Notes: generated from the sequence alone by a model not told the origin. Positions 1-8,817 are shown, counted from the stretch's first letter. The stretch is DNA of 54,108 nucleotides from a virus (IMGVR_UViG_3300043395_001550:1-54108), one strand, 5' to 3'. Numbers and translations are program-made.

Positions 1-195
1 CACTCCGCGAACAAGTTCTACCCAAACAGGGTGCAACCATTCATTTCTAACGTCAAATGGATTTGAAGGCACGACAACGGGGTTCCATAGTCCAAGTTCA
101 TCATACTCACCGGCAGGGGGTGTTGACTCAACCCATGCGTCATATTTGGCCCTAATGTCATGAATCATAGTAATCAAAGCAGCAAAGATTTCCAT
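1..195 (-). CDS. hypothetical protein, runs off the window start (MEIFAALITMIHDIRAKYDAW...)
   Basis: Translated by hand; ATG at 195 preceded by AGAGGT and an AATAAATA late-promoter motif; frame open to position 1. Confidence 0.6.
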   Translation of the reverse strand, partial: MEIFAALITMIHDIRAKYDAWVESTPPAGEYDELGLWNPVVVPSNPFDVRNEWLHPVWVELVRGV

Positions 196-216
196 ATGTA
201 CCTCTAAGTCTAATGG

Positions 217-224
217 TATTTATT
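217..224 (-). promoter_or_regulatory. T4-type late promoter AATAAATA
   Basis: Matches NATAAATA in an intergenic position just upstream of an RBS and ATG. Confidence 0.55.
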
Positions 225-225
225 T

Positions 226-417
226 TCAAGGTTTATACTTCATTATACTAGGACATTCTGTATAGAATACTCCTTCAACATAACATGATGCTTTCACTTC
301 ACCTTTTCTTTTTGGAAGGGCCTGCTCAAGATGATATCTAATTGGATTGTCAGTCACAACAACTGGAACATCCTGAAGACATCCAAACAATATACAAGCG
401 ATGGGAAGAATAATCAT
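226..417 (-). CDS. small hypothetical protein with hydrophobic N-terminus
   Basis: 63-aa ORF in the tightly packed minus-strand gene series. Confidence 0.55.
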   Translation of the reverse strand: MIILPIACILFGCLQDVPVVVTDNPIRYHLEQALPKRKGEVKASCYVEGVFYTECPSIMKYKP

Positions 418-435
418 AAAGTTACAATCAACGAA

Positions 436-2376
436 TTAACGGTCTTCTCTTGTATTCAAGACTGCAGCGGCAAATGCTGCTGTTCCATTCACGGTTTTGC
501 AGGCAACTGTGATTGTTTCACCAGGCTGCAATTCAACTCTACCAATAATATCGGTGGATAATTGTTTATCAATTTGTCCGGTTTCACCCATAGATATGGA
601 TTCGAGAATTTGATCGTTATTGGTAACTGTAACCGTTGTTCCCGAAGAATCGTATAGAGAACAAGAATTTGGTGCCCAACTGGAAAATGATGGCGTTCCA
701 CCAAGTAACCCATTTTTAATAAGTGCAAATACACCAGGCTGAGTATGTTTATATGCAACAGACAAATCTGTTAATACAATTACTGATTGATTTGCTCGCC
801 CAGCAAGTGTTGTTGGATTTGAAATACTAAAAATGGACTGATATGATGCCGATCCAGCAGACGATATATTATTCGTATATGAGTATCTATTTCCATGTAG
901 AACTACATCACCCTCAACAAATCCACCAAATGAACTGATTTTTACATGTTTATCGACTGCACTACCAGCAGAAGTTGCAGTTATTGTAATTGGAAATGCC
1001 GGATTGCTGAAAGATGGAATTGTTCTAGAATTTGGAATATCAATAGAATGTACCGTAACAAACGTTGGGTTGTTGCCAGGTTCGGTTACTTCAACATCAA
1101 AAATTAAAGATCCATAACCAAGATATTGCAAACCTATTTGATAGACATTTCCCTTTGTTGGATTCAAAACATATCCAGATGGATTGTTGGAAATGCTTCC
1201 ATCCATTCTATCGCCATTCCATTGTGATTGGGGAATAAACACATCCGATGTCGCGGCACCAGCCCGTGTCTCTACAAATGATCCAGCGGCACTAGTTCCA
1301 GCGAGTGAAAATGTACCAGTCTTATTACCGGCAGATCCAGCAACAAACACCACCGTAGATCCATTTACATGGGATGTCCAACCTGAGTATGTCCCTCTCG
1401 ATATCTCATACGCAGTCCTTAAAGTAGATCCGGAATTGGTTACTGCCGCAGTATGTCCAATTCCAGCAAGTGTCACAGTCAAGCTTTCATCTGTTGTTGA
1501 TCCAGTATTAACTGTAAGTGTTTGTATTTCACGAATGCCATGACTGGAATGAAGAATTCCAAATTGTGTTCCAACATATCCAAAATAGACACCATCTTCA
1601 CCATGCCCCATTCCAGCAAGCAAATAACAACTAGTTACTCCAACGTCATATACTCCAGCAAATCTACAAACCAATCCTTGACCAGCACGATATCTCAACC
1701 TTTCCCGACTCTGAAGTTGTGCATTTGCAAATGTGGTAATTCCAGTAGAAACATCAAACATCGAATTGGTTGTTGTTACAACTCCACTCAACGAGGATGA
1801 AGCAAAAATCTTAACTGTATTAAGTCCATACACACCATCCCTCTGTAGCAAGGGTCGCAGTCGTTCAGTATGAACCGATCCAAAGGGAAGTCTTGGCGAG
1901 TGCATAGCAACCTCAACGTGACCCTCTGGAGTGAGAGGAACTTCTTTATAGGATCCATCACCAACTCTACCACTCAAAACCGATCGTGTGACGTTGGTAT
2001 TATTGTCCTCAACAATATCATCACCAAGTTGTACTGTACTTTCCCCAAAATTCCCCAAAAGAGTTTGTAATCTTAGAGTTGCTTGATTTCCACCATCATT
2101 TTTCAATCTAACACGAAAATAACGATTTAGAACAGAAACTCTGCGGGTTACTTGTGTAGAAGAAGAAACGGAATATGTTAATGTTTTATCCCAATTGGTA
2201 TTATCTGGACCAAAATCAAAATACAACGTACATGCGGTATCGGCATAAACAGAAACTACAACACCAGCATAATCCAACACCTCTGCACCAGTTCCCGTAA
2301 ACGTAGCGGCTGCTGAAAGTGGAGTAGTTGTGCTGTTGGTTGTGGAAACCTTATTTCTGGAACTAAAATACGTCAT
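436..2376 (-). CDS. putative virion structural protein, S/T/G-rich (646 aa)
   Basis: Long ORF with beta-rich S/T/G composition, GAGG upstream, follows a fibre-like gene. Confidence 0.6.
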   Translation of the reverse strand: MTYFSSRNKVSTTNSTTTPLSAAATFTGTGAEVLDYAGVVVSVYADTACTLYFDFGPDNTNWDKTLTYSVSSSTQVTRRVSVLNRYFRVRLKNDGGNQATLRLQTLLGNFGESTVQLGDDIVEDNNTNVTRSVLSGRVGDGSYKEVPLTPEGHVEVAMHSPRLPFGSVHTERLRPLLQRDGVYGLNTVKIFASSSLSGVVTTTNSMFDVSTGITTFANAQLQSRERLRYRAGQGLVCRFAGVYDVGVTSCYLLAGMGHGEDGVYFGYVGTQFGILHSSHGIREIQTLTVNTGSTTDESLTVTLAGIGHTAAVTNSGSTLRTAYEISRGTYSGWTSHVNGSTVVFVAGSAGNKTGTFSLAGTSAAGSFVETRAGAATSDVFIPQSQWNGDRMDGSISNNPSGYVLNPTKGNVYQIGLQYLGYGSLIFDVEVTEPGNNPTFVTVHSIDIPNSRTIPSFSNPAFPITITATSAGSAVDKHVKISSFGGFVEGDVVLHGNRYSYTNNISSAGSASYQSIFSISNPTTLAGRANQSVIVLTDLSVAYKHTQPGVFALIKNGLLGGTPSFSSWAPNSCSLYDSSGTTVTVTNNDQILESISMGETGQIDKQLSTDIIGRVELQPGETITVACKTVNGTAAFAAAVLNTREDR

Positions 2377-2391
2377 TCTCTGCCATTCCTC

Positions 2392-3354
2392 TTAGATTAG
2401 ATACCAATTGTCCTTAGTTGAATTGTAATGTAGATGCAATGTAGAATTGATGGGCAGAGAAAATGATGAGTAACTTATTCCATCGATTATAAGACTTTTG
2501 CCGTTCCCATCAATTGTAATGTCTGCTGTGTATATATTAGAGATCCAATGACTTTCATTTGAAATTGGGAATAGTGGCATTACAACTGTCGTTGCACTAT
2601 CAACATAAACTATATTCTCAGAAACAGCAACATTATGAGATCCTGCGTCTGCTATTACTGAAGAAATACGCTCAGCAGAAGTGGAGGGAATCCACTTCCC
2701 CTGCGCAGCATTATATACTAACGTATCACCATCTTGTGGTGCAGATGTATTTAGATTTACATCATCAAGTTCTTTAAGGAGAACAGATCCACCGCCACCA
2801 AGAGAACTTAGTTGTGCCTGAACTCTACTTTTGAACAGCGTGTAATCATCGGATAGTTCGTCAATATCATCAAATTTCCTTGTTACTGGAGTTAAAGGAT
2901 CCTTTGCCGAAATAGCATCCTGAATCTTAACAACAGATTCGTAAAGTTTTTCATCTATTTTGTTTTCGGGTTCATCAAAACCATAGTCATCCGCAATATC
3001 ACTTATAATCTTAGAAATATCTTCACATACATGCTTATCGGGTATTGTATAAAGTGGTGTCGAATTTATATTATTTCTATGTAATTCTGGAACTGGATCT
3101 GGAGTTGTGTTCGGAGTAGTTGATTTTTTGATAGAAAGTGATTTATATTTACTAAGATATTCATCAATAGAGTGCCCCTCAACAACAGCATTATTGGATT
3201 TATTACTTTTTACAATATCACTATAGATGTCATACTCTTTGGGTGCAGCACTTTTAATGCGGCCATGGTCAGGTGTGTTTTTGGTTTTTTTCTTATTTTG
3301 TGATGCAATCTTCCGATAAGATTCTGCAATATTTTGAAGATCTCCAGCATCCAT
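2392..3354 (-). CDS. hypothetical protein with fibre-like C-terminal half
   Basis: LSSLGGGGSV-LKELDDV...DGDTLVYNAAQGKW motif typical of T4-like fibre proteins; GATAAATA late motif at 3394-3401. Confidence 0.6.
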   Translation of the reverse strand: MDAGDLQNIAESYRKIASQNKKKTKNTPDHGRIKSAAPKEYDIYSDIVKSNKSNNAVVEGHSIDEYLSKYKSLSIKKSTTPNTTPDPVPELHRNNINSTPLYTIPDKHVCEDISKIISDIADDYGFDEPENKIDEKLYESVVKIQDAISAKDPLTPVTRKFDDIDELSDDYTLFKSRVQAQLSSLGGGGSVLLKELDDVNLNTSAPQDGDTLVYNAAQGKWIPSTSAERISSVIADAGSHNVAVSENIVYVDSATTVVMPLFPISNESHWISNIYTADITIDGNGKSLIIDGISYSSFSLPINSTLHLHYNSTKDNWYLI

Positions 3355-3399
3355 AATTCACACACTCTGAATTTACCCATAGACCGTATTACTTATTTA

Positions 3400-4113
3400 T
3401 CATAGAAGATCGCCATGAACCAAACACATCTTAGAAATCCAACGCTCATTATTGGGTAGATTCTGGTTTAGAAGTGTAGGACAGCTGCACCCAAATTCTC
3501 CTGTACCGGGGGAGATTTTCCACTTGTCTCCACCCCATGCTCGCACAGGATCATTTGTACGAATTCGAATATATCCCTCCTCATTCATAGGAATATCATC
3601 TGGGTCATTCACATATTCTATAGAATACGACGACTGTTCATTCTTGGCAAGAAAGGGTTCCGCATTTTTCATGTCCTGAAGAACCTCAAGACTTGCCCTA
3701 AGTTCATCATTCTCCGCTTGAAGGGCAGCAACCTGCTCCCGTAGTGGTTGAATCGTATCACCAAACTGATCAACAAAGTCATTCACCAGAGTAGGAAGAT
3801 CTTCACTCAACACAAGATCATTATTTTCAGCAACTTCCCGCATCATCTTCTCATCGCGGAATTCATTAAATGCCAACTCTGCTGCTCCATCCATGATCAC
3901 ACGATCACTAAATCCAACAGCACGAAGAAATGACTGAAACAGAGTAAAGTATTGATGAACATTCATGTCATCACGTGGAGCACTAACTCGCACAGTTTGA
4001 TTATCAACCCCACCACCATATGACGTTGGTAGGTCATCCTCAACATGATAAACAAACTCAACCAATTGCTTGGGCATGGATTTTCTCCTGTTCATAATAT
4101 GATTATACACCAA
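3400..4113 (-). CDS. hypothetical phage protein with central coiled coil (start probably the Met near 4077)
   Basis: Long ORF; CAGGAG RBS precedes MPKQL; TATAAT at 4102-4107 overlaps the longer start. Confidence 0.7.
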   Translation of the reverse strand: MVYNHIMNRRKSMPKQLVEFVYHVEDDLPTSYGGGVDNQTVRVSAPRDDMNVHQYFTLFQSFLRAVGFSDRVIMDGAAELAFNEFRDEKMMREVAENNDLVLSEDLPTLVNDFVDQFGDTIQPLREQVAALQAENDELRASLEVLQDMKNAEPFLAKNEQSSYSIEYVNDPDDIPMNEEGYIRIRTNDPVRAWGGDKWKISPGTGEFGCSCPTLLNQNLPNNERWISKMCLVHGDLL

Positions 4114-4159
4114 CCTAATGTCCTGCCGCAGGTTGATGTGACACTTCTTAAACTGTCAG
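4102..4159 (-). promoter_or_regulatory. promoter with palindromic box (plus strand GTGACACTT-N4-AACTGTCAG, 4138-4159) and TATAAT -10
   Basis: One of five related boxes, each 29-30 nt upstream of a -10 hexamer. Confidence 0.65.
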
Positions 4160-4386
4160 GGTAGGATGCCGTAGGAAGATCCAAGGTCTTCAACATCCAG
4201 TCTTGTATATCTAGAGCGTATTTGAAGATCTGTTTCAATCCAGAAGTTTATAGATGCGTGATAATTTTCATTTCCAGGTTTAGTTACTCCAACCCAATAG
4301 TGTTGGGATCCAAGTTTTTCAACTCTCACATCAACATTCTTGAAGAATGCTATGGAAAAATCACTCTTTTCCTCAAAGTTGGACAT
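4156..4386 (-). CDS. hypothetical protein
   Basis: 76-aa ORF with GGAG/AAGG upstream. Confidence 0.65.
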   Translation of the reverse strand: MSNFEEKSDFSIAFFKNVDVRVEKLGSQHYWVGVTKPGNENYHASINFWIETDLQIRSRYTRLDVEDLGSSYGILP

Positions 4387-4408
4387 TACCTTGCTCCAAA
4401 TGGATTAC

Positions 4409-4546
4409 TTAGTCGTCGTCTCTACCATGTACTCTTCCAATTATATAACCAGCATATGCTCCACCCATAAAGAATACAAGAACATATGCAATATTGACAA
4501 GAATCTTAATAACTTCTGTTAAGATAAATTCGAATTCGCTCTGCAT
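4409..4546 (-). CDS. small membrane protein (MQSEFEFILTEVIKILVNIAYVLVFFMGGAYAGYIIGRVHGRDDD)
   Basis: 45-aa ORF translated by hand; fills the gap between neighbours; one hydrophobic helix. Confidence 0.55.
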   Translation of the reverse strand: MQSEFEFILTEVIKILVNIAYVLVFFMGGAYAGYIIGRVHGRDDD

Positions 4547-4551
4547 CACAT

Positions 4552-4800
4552 TCACCGAATTAGTTGAACTTTCTTCATGTACTGTAAAGTTTCTTTCAAA
4601 CTACCAATATGCTCACCATCAATTGTCACTTGTGGATACACAGCATCTTTACCAAATTCAGCACGAAACTGGCGATCACTAAAATCAATACCAAGTTCAT
4701 ACTCCAGATATTCTCCACCCAGACTTTGCAGAAGCATACGAATACGCTCACACTCTTGTCCACCATCACTATAAAGAACTGCTGTAAGTTTCTCAGTCAC
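4552..4800 (-). CDS. glutaredoxin-like protein, single-cysteine active site (GQEC)
   Basis: YPQV-I-GEHIG glutaredoxin motif; GTG at 4800 with AGGAGG RBS is preferred over the longer track start. Confidence 0.8.
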   Translation of the reverse strand: MTEKLTAVLYSDGGQECERIRMLLQSLGGEYLEYELGIDFSDRQFRAEFGKDAVYPQVTIDGEHIGSLKETLQYMKKVQLIR

Positions 4801-4819
4801 GCTGCCTCCTGTAACATTT

Positions 4820-5137
4820 TCAATCTCTGGTTCTCCAATCATCCGGTTTGTCGCGCCGAAACCAATCAACAATCTCATCGGCACTTGAGAACCCTGTTCT
4901 GTGATTGGATGGATCCGGGTCTCCTAGTCCCATCCTATTCATAAAATCATCCATACTACCTTCCTGCATATTAGGATTTGCAGCATGACGACGGGCCCTT
5001 CTGAGCATTTCTCTGGCACTAGTATTTGCCTGGCCAAGCTTTTCTGCCCAGATCATATCTTCAAGTTTAACTTCTTCGTTATTTGCAATATTATCGCAAA
5101 TACCCTCTAACCTTAATCTATATTGTGTGGATAACAT
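4820..5137 (-). CDS. conserved cyanophage hypothetical protein
   Basis: MLSTQYRLRLEGIC... resembles a common cyanomyovirus small protein. Confidence 0.75.
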   Translation of the reverse strand: MLSTQYRLRLEGICDNIANNEEVKLEDMIWAEKLGQANTSAREMLRRARRHAANPNMQEGSMDDFMNRMGLGDPDPSNHRTGFSSADEIVDWFRRDKPDDWRTRD

Positions 5138-5138
5138 A

Positions 5139-5351
5139 TTACTCTTCGGAGAGATAGTGTTCTAATTGATTAATTCTTTGAAATTCAGAGTGTGCAATCT
5201 CCGATCTTTCATGTAAAATGTCACGAATATCCTGCATAATAATGTGGTTTTCAACATATTCGTCAAGATACTTGTCTAATGCTTCTTTCAAGTATCTTTT
5301 TCTGTGCCACTCCGGGCTATACGGTCTATAGGTCATAATAAAGTAAGTCAA
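5139..5351 (-). CDS. hypothetical protein
   Basis: ORF coupled to neighbours; YRPYSPEWH motif. Confidence 0.65.
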   Translation of the reverse strand: MTYFIMTYRPYSPEWHRKRYLKEALDKYLDEYVENHIIMQDIRDILHERSEIAHSEFQRINQLEHYLSEE

Positions 5352-5599
5352 TCATCACATGTATTATACATCGTATGAAGTTCTTTTGCCATATCATTAT
5401 ATTTCCTATCCAAATGCCACTTTACAAATGGATTCCTAGGATTATGTTGAATGTGCCACATCATCATAAACCAGCGACGCTGAACAGTCAGTTTCGCATT
5501 TGCTAGGGTCAACAGAAAAAACTGCGCAATCGATTGGTCTGTCACAATAAAATAACCGATTACGGCAAATACTGCCAACCAAATGTAAAATTGAATCAT
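5348..5599 (-). CDS. hypothetical membrane protein
   Basis: N-terminal hydrophobic helix; ATGA overlap with the upstream gene. Confidence 0.7.
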   Translation of the reverse strand: MIQFYIWLAVFAVIGYFIVTDQSIAQFFLLTLANAKLTVQRRWFMMMWHIQHNPRNPFVKWHLDRKYNDMAKELHTMYNTCDD

Positions 5600-5799
5600 C
5601 CTTGTAATTTTCCTTTTAGATACGCTAATAGATCATCACGAATATCATTTAATTCAGACTCACACCCATTTTCCTTGGAAAGAATTCGAATTCTTTCATG
5701 CCTATCCCAAAGGTCCTCAATCATGAGGTAAATCGCTTCTTGTTCTTTAGTAGTTACCATCTTTGGTCTCCACGTTGGTGCAATTTGGAAAACTGTCAT
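5596..5799 (-). CDS. hypothetical protein (start probably MVTTKEQ near 5760)
   Basis: ORF; GGAG precedes the internal ATG. Confidence 0.55.
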   Translation of the reverse strand: MTVFQIAPTWRPKMVTTKEQEAIYLMIEDLWDRHERIRILSKENGCESELNDIRDDLLAYLKGKLQG

Positions 5800-5938
5800 T
5801 TAAAGTTACAATAAGGTCACGTTTTTGATCAAGTGTCACATTATCATTAATTTGAATTCGATTGATAATGGTAGACAATTCTTGACATGATATATTAAAT
5901 GGTGCAATCGCCAATAAGATTAAAACTGAGTGAATCAT
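5747..5938 (-). CDS. small two-cysteine protein with signal-like N-terminus
   Basis: GGAG RBS; CTAAATA late-type motif at 5956-5962; pattern resembles the ORF at 47378-47545. Confidence 0.65.
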   Translation of the reverse strand: MIHSVLILLAIAPFNISCQELSTIINRIQINDNVTLDQKRDLIVTLNDSFPNCTNVETKDGNY

Positions 5939-5962
5939 GATTAAACTCCACGCAATATTTAG

Positions 5963-6217
5963 TTAATCAAGCACACCATTCACATCTCTCATTAGAATCA
6001 TACAATCAACGAAATCCTGCCACTTTTTAGTTTCAACTGTAGTTGTTTTATAGGGAACACCAGAAAGTAGGGCACAAACCCGATTTGCATTAAACTTCAC
6101 AATCCTAACCTCTGCGGTCGGATTTACATACTCAGTCCCAGATGCACTCTGACCGAGATAGTCTACACTACCCGACAGCAAAGGCACAAATGCAAGAGTC
6201 AGGTTAAACAATTTCAT
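5963..6217 (-). CDS. hypothetical secreted or membrane protein
   Basis: 84-aa ORF with hydrophobic N-terminus and two Cys. Confidence 0.6.
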   Translation of the reverse strand: MKLFNLTLAFVPLLSGSVDYLGQSASGTEYVNPTAEVRIVKFNANRVCALLSGVPYKTTTVETKKWQDFVDCMILMRDVNGVLD

Positions 6218-6414
6218 TTAATGATGCTCCAATCTTTATCTCCGGATTTATCAACCCAGAAAGAATGTTTTCCATTAATAGATGTCAAATACATCTTGGA
6301 ACCCACTTCTTTTTCTATTATACATGAATGCAGACGAAACATGTAGTCTTCAAAATAAATCGTAGCCTCCTCCGTCAGGGGAATGACTTGAGCAAACTTT
6401 TTCTTTTTGGTCAT
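6214..6414 (-). CDS. conserved cyanophage hypothetical protein
   Basis: 66-aa ORF ending FWV...DKDW, downstream of a boxed promoter. Confidence 0.7.
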   Translation of the reverse strand: MTKKKKFAQVIPLTEEATIYFEDYMFRLHSCIIEKEVGSKMYLTSINGKHSFWVDKSGDKDWSIIK

Positions 6415-6435
6415 AGATTCATTCTTGATAATACC

Positions 6436-6492
6436 ATGATAGACATTTTCCTGAGTGATGGGGAAATGGGAGGACAGTTCTCAATCTGGCAC
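6436..6492 (-). promoter_or_regulatory. promoter with palindromic box (6471-6492) and TATCAT -10
   Basis: Plus strand AGGACAGTT-N4-ATCTGGCAC, 29 nt from the -10 hexamer. Confidence 0.55.
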
Positions 6493-6714
6493 AAAGACCG
6501 TACCAGTCTTGGGAAGTTCCCGATGCTTCTTAATAAATTTTTTCGCTTGAAGTTCCGTGTTCACAGTTTCAAGTTGTTGTCCATCAAAGATGATCATGTA
6601 CTGCTTCTTTCCAAAAGGAACTGCAGCGTATCCGTCTTTAGTCACAAATCCCTTTGCAGATCCGTGATAGAAGTTGTAAGCATCGCGATAAACATCTGCC
6701 ATTTTAGTTGTCAA
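6481..6714 (-). CDS. hypothetical protein
   Basis: 77-aa ORF overlapping the prs stop. Confidence 0.65.
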   Translation of the reverse strand: MTTKMADVYRDAYNFYHGSAKGFVTKDGYAAVPFGKKQYMIIFDGQQLETVNTELQAKKFIKKHRELPKTGTVFVPD

Positions 6715-7663
6715 ACATACTACTCATAGAAACCTCTTGATGAATTCTAGAAATTCCTTCACCAAGAACATTTGAAATTGACAGCACCTGTAAATTGCTG
6801 AAATTCTTTTCGACCGGGACTGGAAGAGTGTTTGTAACAATCACTTCTTCAAATACTCCAGGAATAGACAGTCTTTCGGATGCTGGATACGAAAATACTG
6901 GATGTGTTGCACACGCTAGAACTTTCGTGGCACCTCTTTCCCGCAATAGTTTTGCTGCTGCAGAGATTGTTCCTCCCGTATCAATCATGTCATCGACCAG
7001 AATTGCCACACGATCCCTTACATCACCAATCACAGTCAGAGACTCTACGATGTTGTGTCCAGGACGACGTTTATCTACAATTGCAAGTGGAGCATTATTA
7101 AGAATCTTGCTGAAAGAACGTGCTCTTGCAACACCACCCACATCGGGAGATACTACCACAATATTATCTAAATCAGATTCATATTTGGTCTTAATGTATC
7201 GTGCAATTGTGGGTGCTCCATATGTATTATCACAGGGAATATCAAAGTATCCCTGTAACTGAGCAGAGTGAAGGTCCATCGAAACAACACGATCCGCTCC
7301 AGATGAGGTAAGAATGTTGGCAACCAGTTTAGCAGCAATCGATTCTCTTCCTGCTGCCTTTCTGTCAGATCGAGCATAACCAAAGTAAGGAATGACTGCG
7401 GTAATTTCTTTCGCAGATGCCCTACGGCAAGCATCAATCAAGATCAACAATTCCATCAAATTGCTATTAGCAGGAGAGCAAGTTGATTGAACAATAAAAA
7501 CGTTGCAACCACGAACTGCGGAATTCACCTGAACATATGTTTCACCATCAGCAAATGTTTTGATGATTCTGGGAGTCAGTTCAACATTCAAGTACCGCGC
7601 AATTTCTTGCGAAAGTTCTACACTTGCGGTTCCACTAATCAGGCGAAACTTATCATTAATCAT
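6704..7663 (-). CDS. prs: ribose-phosphate pyrophosphokinase (PRPP synthetase)
   Basis: FADGE, PYFGYARSDR, DLHS, VSPDVGG and LVDDMIDTGGT motifs; ATG at 7663 with GGAG upstream. Confidence 0.96.
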   Translation of the reverse strand: MINDKFRLISGTASVELSQEIARYLNVELTPRIIKTFADGETYVQVNSAVRGCNVFIVQSTCSPANSNLMELLILIDACRRASAKEITAVIPYFGYARSDRKAAGRESIAAKLVANILTSSGADRVVSMDLHSAQLQGYFDIPCDNTYGAPTIARYIKTKYESDLDNIVVVSPDVGGVARARSFSKILNNAPLAIVDKRRPGHNIVESLTVIGDVRDRVAILVDDMIDTGGTISAAAKLLRERGATKVLACATHPVFSYPASERLSIPGVFEEVIVTNTLPVPVEKNFSNLQVLSISNVLGEGISRIHQEVSMSSMFDN

Positions 7664-7756
7664 GAATTCACATCTCCATTTACATTTTACCAAAAGGGCG
7701 TCATCTGAGTGCGGTCCAGGACCTTTGCCCCGTTCCACTCAAAAATCACGAAAAAC

Positions 7757-7891
7757 TCAATTTTCGCCCCTGTCCTCATCAGGGTTTTCGGCGCTGCGTT
7801 CTGCAACAGTCTCCTCATGTCCCAGCACCTGCCCTGAAATGGCAAGTTCAAGAACCTCATCAGAAAACAGAAAATCCAAGGGAATCGGCAT
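7757..7891 (-). CDS. small acidic hypothetical protein (MPIPLDFLFSDEVLELAISGQVLGHEETVAERSAENPDEDRGEN)
   Basis: 44-aa ORF translated by hand; first ATG after the promoter at 7916; overlaps an alternative ORF 7687-7905. Confidence 0.45.
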   Translation of the reverse strand: MPIPLDFLFSDEVLELAISGQVLGHEETVAERSAENPDEDRGEN

Positions 7892-7915
7892 GATTTAAAT
7901 CTCACATGTAAGAAC

Positions 7916-7972
7916 AGTATATAGACAAAAGAGGGGAGTGAATCCCCTCATGTGACAGTTTAGTAACTGGCA
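7916..7972 (-). promoter_or_regulatory. promoter with palindromic box (7952-7972) and TATACT -10
   Basis: Plus strand GTGACAGTT-N4-AACTGGCA, 30 nt from the -10 hexamer. Confidence 0.65.
7927..7949 (-). terminator. intrinsic terminator
   Basis: GAGGGGA-TTCAC-TCCCCTC hairpin followed by TTTT. Confidence 0.7.
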
Positions 7973-8145
7973 TTATTTACGTCATAGTCCGGACAACATG
8001 ACTGAATATCATGTTTTCGAAAGTCAAATGTATGATCAATCAATCCTGCTTCCAATTCATCAACTGTCAGACTATGTGCAATTACTTCAGTTTGCGTCGT
8101 ATTCTTTTTGTAAACATGAAATACTTGTTCAATCATAGTATCCAT
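7960..8145 (-). CDS. hypothetical protein
   Basis: 61-aa ORF overlapping the LOG stop and ending before the terminator. Confidence 0.6.
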   Translation of the reverse strand: MDTMIEQVFHVYKKNTTQTEVIAHSLTVDELEAGLIDHTFDFRKHDIQSCCPDYDVNNASY

Positions 8146-8680
8146 CTAAAATGTGAACTGCTTCACTAAAACGATCCACATAGTGAATCATCTTCATCTC
8201 ATCATAACTCAAGAAGTTATTGTCCAGCATCTCATCTTCCAACCAGTGACGGAAAGACCTCCACATTCTTCCAACACATACTACTGGTTTTCTGTCCAGA
8301 TGAGAAACTTGAATCAATTGATAGACTAGTGCCATTTCCAAAAGTGTTCCAATTCCTCCCGGTGTTACAATAAAGGCATCACACTCAGAGAATGTCTTCA
8401 GTCGTGTGAAGAAGTCGTCATGCTTTGTGTGTTCCTGCACATATTCATTAATTGCTTCTTCAAATGGCAAATAGATGGCATGAGCAAGAGAGCATACTTC
8501 CGTATCCCCACATACACTCATAGCACCTTTGTTCGCTGCTTCCATAGTACCAGGACCACCACCGGTGACGATGATCCACCCCTTCTCTGAAAGATTTTTT
8601 GACATTCTTTCAACCGACTCATAAAGTCCGGAGTCAGGACTTGTTCTTGCAGAACCAAATACAGCAACCTTTCTCTTCAT
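8129..8680 (-). CDS. LOG family nucleotide monophosphate phosphoribohydrolase
   Basis: VAVFGSAR, TGGGPGTMEAANKGA and PGGIGTLLE (PGGxGTxxE) motifs. Confidence 0.92.
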   Translation of the reverse strand: MKRKVAVFGSARTSPDSGLYESVERMSKNLSEKGWIIVTGGGPGTMEAANKGAMSVCGDTEVCSLAHAIYLPFEEAINEYVQEHTKHDDFFTRLKTFSECDAFIVTPGGIGTLLEMALVYQLIQVSHLDRKPVVCVGRMWRSFRHWLEDEMLDNNFLSYDEMKMIHYVDRFSEAVHILDGYYD

Positions 8681-8788
8681 AATAGAACCTATTATTCCAC
8701 ACTAGTTATAATGAAATCACAACTTAAATGTCCTATAGAATTTTAAAGATCTAAGAGCCTTATTTCTCATTCAACCCTAACAAAGGTT

Positions 8789-8817
8789 ATTGTACAGACT
8801 TATGAACCTTGTGTCAA
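8789..8817 (-). promoter_or_regulatory. sigma70-like promoter TTGACA-N17-TACAAT upstream of LOG
   Basis: Near-consensus hexamers with a 17-nt spacer. Confidence 0.75.

Noticed and set aside
7664-7760. PRPP (ykkC) or ZTP riboswitch upstream of prs
   Set aside because: The conserved core sequences of those classes are not recognisable; only a generic stem is present
7663-7891. TGA recoding that would extend prs
   Set aside because: TGA ends many clear genes here, and prs is full length from 7663 with its own RBS
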